This document shows, in pieces, positions 58,401 to 64,000 of a stretch of 64,000 nt of DNA (position 1 is the first letter of the stretch; each line of letters starts with the position of its first letter). The notes beneath the pieces were generated by a model. It searched no databases, was not told the origin of the DNA, and saw nothing but the letters and a program-made list of their open reading frames with translations. This DNA comes from a virus (taxonomy: Duplodnaviria; Caudoviricetes). The stretch is from positions 32,001-96,000 of the IMG/VR virus record IMGVR_UViG_3300025389_000014. One strand, given 5' to 3'. The position numbers and the translations under genes are program-made.

Positions 58401-58857
58401 CAGCGGTCAATTAGAGCCAGTTAAATCTATCAGTGATCAGATCGTCTATCAACCGGTTAGTTATAGAGTTTTATTTGGCAGTACTGCTGAGCTAAGTCTA
58501 CAGGCCATATTCAAAGCTGTACAAAATCCTTCAAGCACTGCTAGTTCTAACAATATTACATCGAGGATATTGAATGCGATTAATAATTTCTTCGCTCTCG
58601 AAAATTGGGATTTTGGTCAGAGTTTTTATTTCAGTGAACTAAGCACATACGTGATGAACCTGATGACACCGGATATCACTAATTTTATCATCACCCCGTT
58701 GAGTTCAAATAATGGATTTGGTAGTTTATATGAAGTAGCCTGTCAGAGCAATGAGATTTTTATCAGTGGAGCTACAGCGGCCAATATACAGGTAATCAAT
58801 GCGATTACGGCCAGTCAACTAAATTCTACACAATCAATTATTACCAACGGAAGCTGA
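55471..58857 (+). CDS. gp6: Baseplate wedge subunit, T4 gp6-like
   Basis: DF.SYDFETLR, NARENFLETA.RRDS..RLA..VSY, F.DG.FG.LP and QNRMITAEDY motifs. Confidence 0.88.
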   Translation: MTIPATNSKLLVAEDWVKIYQSFRNADFQSYDFETLRRSMINYLQQTYPEDFNDYIDSSEYMALVELIAYLGQNLSFRIDLNARENFLETAQRRDSILRLAQLVSYVPKRNTPATGLLKIVGIATTDNVFDSNGNNLANTQIQWNDATNSNWYSQFITLLNSAMSGGYAFGNPRGRDTIGGILTEEYRFNSSNTDVPAYAFSKSVSGVSTAFEIIPATFLGKTYVYEQTPIPGNSLSFLYQNDNNGSGSAGTGFFLLFKQGSLNAVNFNIDTPVPNEIVGVNASNINNTDVWLWQLDANGNYSTLWSQVPNITGNNVIYNNLNQQTRNIYSVRTRDQDQIDLNFADGSFGNLPKGQFQLFYRVSNGLSYSITPSQMSGIALKVPYYNKSGQAQTLTLTLALQYTVSNAATAETNASIQTNAPQAYYTQNRMITAEDYNITPLTVSTNILKIKSVARTTSGLSKYFDLSDITGKYSSTNIFASDGILYRSQHEENFQFTFTSKNDIFVVIKKRIEPLLLNPGLRSFYLDKWPRALMSDFNFHWHLSNSVAGQSQGYLYDANNNGAPQSLGSYANNNLIYAIQGALLQFDNGTWTTISQVVGDGSNGGLGNLDNGQGPLILSSVVPDGALLTQIIPVFVNNYTYAFESQLVSLCLNQRNFGLTFDTVSRTWAIITDTNLDLSSPFSLDHHRNLENLNLDASWLISFSWIGDAYKVRYRFIDYVFESEKQTAFYVDKTKTNYDFTDNKVIKDQIDILSINAQPNNSSSGIGQDLIWQIDDSIVQPDGYIEPKRVKVSFYENVQTKQIDNPDAFVDIVGTNTNAVYDAAGLAFIPNYIYFQLASDGVTYQLYTGTVNGNYATPNDAAFAINNELISAQYGDLFYFYDPGYDVVKSYTPTAINSLDPWTYEYRYRAYPGRSGLKFHYTHNTGEEVRIDPAKSNIIDIYILTSEYDTAFRNWLISGVGTQPSLPTSASLESNYSGQLEPVKSISDQIVYQPVSYRVLFGSTAELSLQAIFKAVQNPSSTASSNNITSRILNAINNFFALENWDFGQSFYFSELSTYVMNLMTPDITNFIITPLSSNNGFGSLYEVACQSNEIFISGATAANIQVINAITASQLNSTQSIITNGS

Positions 58858-58861
58858 ATAA

Positions 58862-61800
58862 ATGGCCGCTAGTACCAGCACAATAAGTTCGATAAATTTT
58901 TTACCTGAATACCTAAGAACTGATAAAAATTCTAAATTTTTATCCGCTACTCTTGATCAATGGATTCGACCAGCACAGCTTGAACGCATCAGTGGATTTA
59001 TAGGGTCTAAAAATACACCTAACTATGTTTCTACTAGTGATGTTTACATACCAGAAAGTCTTCCTCTACGTAGAGACTATCAACTAACTCCTGCACTGGT
59101 GGTTAACGATGCTGTTTATGAAATACAGGATGTGATAGCTCTAGATGATTTAATTGACGAAATAGCAGTCAAAGGCGGAAAGACTGAGAATCTAGATAGA
59201 CTACTACGCAGTGAATTCTATAGTTATAATCCTTGGATCGATTGGGACAAATTAATCAACTATCAAGAATACTATTGGCTAGTTGAAGGACCAGACGAAA
59301 TTCTAGTAGACGAAGATTTGATCACAATCGTAAAAAATATATTGGGACAACAGACCTATACCAATGCCATTACTGGATTGACTTTTACCAATGGATTACG
59401 ATTAAGATTTATAAATCCAGAACTTGAAGGAACACAGTACTATCAACGAGATTTTTTTGTAGAGGGGGTTGGTACAGCCCAAGGAATCCGACTGATAGAT
59501 GTAGACACATTAGTCACCCCTGAACCTATTGCAAGTCTATTCAAGGACAGATTTGGCTCGTATCATTTTGATTATTATAAATTTGATGCTACAGAAAAAT
59601 TACCGTTAATCCCTGAATATGTAACCATCAATAGAGCCAGCCAAGATATTAATTCCTGGAGTAGATACAATCGATGGGTGCATTCTGATGTGATCCGTAT
59701 AACTGCTGAGGCACAGGGTAGATTGGTCGAATATCCTTCAGAATATAGAGCTCAACGTCCCATTATAGAATTCTCCGCAGATCTCAAATTATACAATCAC
59801 GGAACTGTGGGTATTCCTAATATTGAATTTATCGATAATACTATCACGGACCCCACAGTGATCAATGGTACTTTTGGCTACTACATTGATCAAGTATTGT
59901 TACAAAAGGGCAATAGGATAATATTCAATGCTTCTCCTAATCCCGAGATGATCTACGAAGTCAATGTCACAGCAGGAACTTATCAATTAGAGTTAGTCGA
60001 GTCAACTACAGTAGCAGTGGGATCTCAGGTAACTATCGACCTTGGAGTAGAAAACAACGGAACTGATTGGTGGTACAACGGCGTCAATTGGCAGCTGTCT
60101 CAACAGCACACTTCGCTAAATCAAGCACCCCTGTTTGATCTGTTTACTGATCAAGGTATAAGCTATAGCGATAAAATCAATCTTCCTAGTAATTTCCTAG
60201 GATCGAAGATATTCGGATATACTCTAGGGACCGGAACCAGTGATCCGTATCTAGGATTTCCTCTAAAATATCGCAATGCTGTAGAACAGGGCGACTATCT
60301 GTTTTCAAATTATTTTATGACAGATACTATTTCTGTAGTGGCAGGATCTCAAAGCGTTACAGTGATCCCTACGAGCCAGACCTATTTGAAATTTGTACAC
60401 AGGGATACTGAGCAGTATGTTAATGTGTGGATTGATTCTGCAGATTATCAGATTCCTGTTTTACAGTTTCAAACCATAATCACTGCTACTAATTCTATTG
60501 CGGTGTCGGCAATCAAAACTCCTGCGGCTTTTGATTATGAAGCCTATCTAAACACACAGATACTACCAAATACTTCTAGCTTTATTACTGTTAATTCCGG
60601 AACCTATCAGATAAACTTCGACAACACATTAACCGCAGGTACAAATGTGTTATTAAAATTTTATACCACCGCCACAGTCACAGCCGGTGGATATTATGAA
60701 CCACCCTTGGGTCTTACAAATAACCCACTGAATGGGCCTATCTCACAGTTCACCCTTTCAGAACTCGGCGATCATGTACATACCATGATTGAAAGAGATC
60801 CTGGATTTGTAGGAATATTTCCTGGAGTCAGTAACCTAAGAGATTTAGCTAACGTTGGCCAATACGGAACTAGATTAGTATCTAATAAAAACCCCATAGC
60901 CTTTGCTGACATGTTTATAGGAAAGAAAGAACACAGTGTTATTGATGCGATAACCAAGGTAGCAGATCAGTATAATCAATTCAAGAGTCAGATAATATCT
61001 CTGATGAACAGGGTGGTAGATCAGCAGGATCCTGTGGCTTTACTAGATGAAATTTTGTCTGTGATTAATCAAGATAAAACACCTAAAAGCGCATATTTTC
61101 TATCAGACATGATAGGACATGGTACTGATAAAACAGTACGTACCTATACTGCATCTGGATCGACTGAGTTTAGCATTAGTAGTCCTTTTTCTACCACGGA
61201 ACTAGGCCTGCGTTCTATATTAGTATATCTAAATGGAGAACAGTTGGTATTACATCGGGATTATGTATTTGTAGAAAACGACTATGTATTAAATGTACTC
61301 GCTCAATTGCATGATGGAGATACTATAACCATAGTAGAATATCCAGATACTTCTGGCTGTTACGTTCCGCCAACACCGACGAAGTTGGGATTGTATCCAA
61401 GTTTTTATCCAACGAAATATGTAGACAATACCTACGTTGTTCCAAGGACAGTCATACAAGGACACGATGGTAGTATCACAGTAGCCTTTGATGATTTCCG
61501 AGATGATGTTTTATTGGAATTTGAAAAACGTATCTATAACAATATCAAATCTAAGTATAGGGCAGAACTATTCGATATCAATTCTGTTATTCCTGGTGCT
61601 TTTAGGAATAATCAATACAGTCTCGCTGAAGTAGATGATATATTAGAATCGAGATTTATCAAATGGTCTGGCCTCAACGGAGTTGACTATACTACTAATA
61701 CTATATTTGACGAAGCAGACCCGTTTACTTGGAATTATCGTGGAGGCTATATACCTTCTCTGGGACTACAGGTTGGTGGATATTGGAGAAGCATATACAA

Positions 61801-64000
61801 ATATCTATATGATACAGATCGCCCACATACCTATCCTTGGGAAATGTTTGGATTTTCGGAAGAGCCCGATTGGTGGATAAGCGAATACGGTGGAAAATAT
61901 GAAAACCTATGGCAGGATGTTGAAGCAGGAATCATACGTCAAGGAACTCGTGCAGGAACCTATAGTATATATGCTAGACCTGGAATCATAGAAAATGGGT
62001 TGGTTCCTGTAGATATTGTTGGCAATCTCATAGATCCAACTGTATTGATACAAAATGTAACCATATATAACCGAAGACAAAATTGGCAGTTCGGAGACCA
62101 AGCACCTGTTGAAACAGCGTGGAGACGTAGCAGTTATTACCCATTTGCTGTGCAACGCCTATTGGCTCTGACCAAACCTGCGACCTACTCTGCACTGATG
62201 TATGATCTCAGTCGAGTGGATAAAAATATTGCCGGTCAATGGGCCTACAAGAACAACGCATTTTTTAATTTTAATGATCTAATCATACACGGTGAAAACT
62301 CTAAGTTAACCAGCGGATATAGTCAGATGATCAGCGAAGTAGGGGGTCAGCGCACACAGAATTATATTGCGGAACTGCGCAGTGACCTAAGCTATGCTGA
62401 TTTTAATTTATTTTATAAAGTGGGCGGATTCGTCAGTAAAGATAAACTACAGATTACCATAGATGCCTATGAACCAAACAGTAACAGCCCTGGAGCCATC
62501 CTGCCTGTTGAAGATTATACTCTGAGATTGAACGTTAGTAATCCTATTATCTCTGCCAGTATATCTGGTATGGTAGTACAGAAAACTGCAGATGGAAATT
62601 TCGTAATCAAAGGTTATGACACACAGTCTCCTTATTTTACTGTCTATACTCCAATCCGTACATCTAGCACTCCTACTATCACTGTGGGAGGTGTGAGTGA
62701 ATCTTATGTAGTATGGACCAATAGTTCTGCTGCCGGCGGAAGTCTATCGACCAGTATCGAAACTACCTCAGCCGTTGGTGCCGCAGGAGTATTTTATCAA
62801 GCTGGACAGATAGTATCATATGGTGGTTCTTATTATAGAGTCAAAATCAGTCATCAGGCTGAATCTGCTTTCAATCTGGATTATTATCAAATACTACCTT
62901 ATCTTCCTACTACAGGGGGAGCTTCGGTTCAGATAGCTGATAGATTTGACAGTGTAGTAAAAGAAATACCTTACGGTATGGAATTTAGTTCTACGCAGGC
63001 TGTATATGATGTCATCGTGGGGTATGGTGCTTGGTTAAAAGATCAAGGATTTATATTTGATGAATATAATAGCAAGATCAATGATGTTATAAATTGGGAA
63101 TTTTCTGGTAAGGAATTTTTATATTGGACCACACAGAACTGGGCCGCCAATAATGTTATCACGATGAGTCCTTTCGCTGACCAGATAAAATATTCTTATA
63201 ATCAAAGTGTTGTAGATAATTTATTTGACACATTCTATGAATATAGCCTATTGTTGGCCAATGGCTTACCTTTCCCTAAAGATAATTTATTTGTCAATAG
63301 GCAGGCAGGAGTATGTACGATTTCTGCTACAACATCTACAGACGGAATTTATTTTGCCAGATTAAATTCAGTACAGAAAGAACACAGTTTAGTGTTTAAT
63401 AACAAGACAATTTTTAATGATGTCATTTATGATATAGAAACTGGTTATCAACAACAGCGTATGAAGGTAAGTGGATTCCGTACAAAAAATTGGACAGGAG
63501 ATTTATATAGTCCCGGATTTGTCTACGATGATGTACAGATAAGCAATTGGCAGATCAATACTGCGTATCGATCTGCACAGGTAGTCCAATATAACGGTAC
63601 CTACTACTCAGCTAAAACAAATTTAGAATCATCGAAAATTTTCAACATCACTGATTGGATAGCATTAGACAAAAAACCTCAAGGCGGACTATTACCTAAT
63701 TTTGATTATAAGATAAATCAATTCCAAGATTTCTATAGTTTAGATATTGATAATTTTGATGCAGGTCAGGAAAAAATGGCCCAACATCTCACAGGCTACA
63801 CACCTAGAGTTTATCTAAACAATATTTTTACAGATCCTATCGCTCAGTATAAGTTCTATCAAGGATTCATCCGTGAAAAAGGAACTCGTAATGCTGTACA
63901 AAAATTATCCAAGGCCGCTGTACAAAATTTCCAAGGAGTTATAGAATATAACGAAGAGTGGGCATTACGTATAGGTGAATACGGTAGTTTTTCTACCTAC
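58862..64000 (+). CDS. Giant baseplate wedge/structural protein (gp7-like position), more than 1713 aa, truncated by the window end (not in ORF track)
   Basis: ATG at 58862. Frame checked at several points: NFLPEYLRT, DWDKLINYQEYYW (59240), IQGHDGS (61454), FQDFYSLD (63722), EWALRIGEYG at the edge. Follows gp6. Confidence 0.8.
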   Translation, partial: MAASTSTISSINFLPEYLRTDKNSKFLSATLDQWIRPAQLERISGFIGSKNTPNYVSTSDVYIPESLPLRRDYQLTPALVVNDAVYEIQDVIALDDLIDEIAVKGGKTENLDRLLRSEFYSYNPWIDWDKLINYQEYYWLVEGPDEILVDEDLITIVKNILGQQTYTNAITGLTFTNGLRLRFINPELEGTQYYQRDFFVEGVGTAQGIRLIDVDTLVTPEPIASLFKDRFGSYHFDYYKFDATEKLPLIPEYVTINRASQDINSWSRYNRWVHSDVIRITAEAQGRLVEYPSEYRAQRPIIEFSADLKLYNHGTVGIPNIEFIDNTITDPTVINGTFGYYIDQVLLQKGNRIIFNASPNPEMIYEVNVTAGTYQLELVESTTVAVGSQVTIDLGVENNGTDWWYNGVNWQLSQQHTSLNQAPLFDLFTDQGISYSDKINLPSNFLGSKIFGYTLGTGTSDPYLGFPLKYRNAVEQGDYLFSNYFMTDTISVVAGSQSVTVIPTSQTYLKFVHRDTEQYVNVWIDSADYQIPVLQFQTIITATNSIAVSAIKTPAAFDYEAYLNTQILPNTSSFITVNSGTYQINFDNTLTAGTNVLLKFYTTATVTAGGYYEPPLGLTNNPLNGPISQFTLSELGDHVHTMIERDPGFVGIFPGVSNLRDLANVGQYGTRLVSNKNPIAFADMFIGKKEHSVIDAITKVADQYNQFKSQIISLMNRVVDQQDPVALLDEILSVINQDKTPKSAYFLSDMIGHGTDKTVRTYTASGSTEFSISSPFSTTELGLRSILVYLNGEQLVLHRDYVFVENDYVLNVLAQLHDGDTITIVEYPDTSGCYVPPTPTKLGLYPSFYPTKYVDNTYVVPRTVIQGHDGSITVAFDDFRDDVLLEFEKRIYNNIKSKYRAELFDINSVIPGAFRNNQYSLAEVDDILESRFIKWSGLNGVDYTTNTIFDEADPFTWNYRGGYIPSLGLQVGGYWRSIYKYLYDTDRPHTYPWEMFGFSEEPDWWISEYGGKYENLWQDVEAGIIRQGTRAGTYSIYARPGIIENGLVPVDIVGNLIDPTVLIQNVTIYNRRQNWQFGDQAPVETAWRRSSYYPFAVQRLLALTKPATYSALMYDLSRVDKNIAGQWAYKNNAFFNFNDLIIHGENSKLTSGYSQMISEVGGQRTQNYIAELRSDLSYADFNLFYKVGGFVSKDKLQITIDAYEPNSNSPGAILPVEDYTLRLNVSNPIISASISGMVVQKTADGNFVIKGYDTQSPYFTVYTPIRTSSTPTITVGGVSESYVVWTNSSAAGGSLSTSIETTSAVGAAGVFYQAGQIVSYGGSYYRVKISHQAESAFNLDYYQILPYLPTTGGASVQIADRFDSVVKEIPYGMEFSSTQAVYDVIVGYGAWLKDQGFIFDEYNSKINDVINWEFSGKEFLYWTTQNWAANNVITMSPFADQIKYSYNQSVVDNLFDTFYEYSLLLANGLPFPKDNLFVNRQAGVCTISATTSTDGIYFARLNSVQKEHSLVFNNKTIFNDVIYDIETGYQQQRMKVSGFRTKNWTGDLYSPGFVYDDVQISNWQINTAYRSAQVVQYNGTYYSAKTNLESSKIFNITDWIALDKKPQGGLLPNFDYKINQFQDFYSLDIDNFDAGQEKMAQHLTGYTPRVYLNNIFTDPIAQYKFYQGFIREKGTRNAVQKLSKAAVQNFQGVIEYNEEWALRIGEYGSFSTY

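Noticed and set aside
1-64000. Stop-codon reassignment as in some jumbo phages
   Set aside because: Core genes are full length in code 11, and TAG, TGA and TAA all end genes at tight junctions.

Overview
This 64-kb window is the virion-morphogenesis region of a large T4-related (Tevenvirinae-like or jumbo) myophage read in the standard genetic code. 1-31 kb (minus strand) is a block of Gly/Thr/Ser-rich fibre and adhesin genes. It includes a 4301-aa protein with 12 Ig-like domains and Tyr/Thr-rich collagen, and a 1740-aa beta-helix protein. 31-41.5 kb (minus) is the head module (gp20 portal, acidic core protein, gp21, gp22, gp23) plus a tape-measure-like gene, a free-standing GIY-YIG endonuclease and an SGNH-type hydrolase. 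41.5-48.5 kb holds a gp26/gp51-like pair, a ~420-nt structured non-coding region, a second GIY-YIG nuclease, gp46, gp47 and gp55. 48.6-64 kb (plus) is the baseplate module (gp48/54-, gp53-, hub-, gp5-, gp25-, gp6-like, and a giant gp7-like ORF running off the window). The most notable observations are: (1) five phycobiliprotein-like repeats, four spaced 163-168 aa apart, that keep the bilin-binding C-x-R-D motif inside a virion fibre protein; (2) a hairpin-dense putative large ncRNA directly downstream of a GIY-YIG nuclease; (3) a likely -1 programmed frameshift (T TTT TTC) fusing the gp26-like and gp51-like ORFs, as in lambda G/GT chaperones; (4) a three-way-junction RNA starting at the predicted +1 of a late transcript; (5) TAAATA late promoters that give leaderless mRNAs and sit in face-to-face pairs. 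Product names come from motif recognition and synteny only; no database searches were run.
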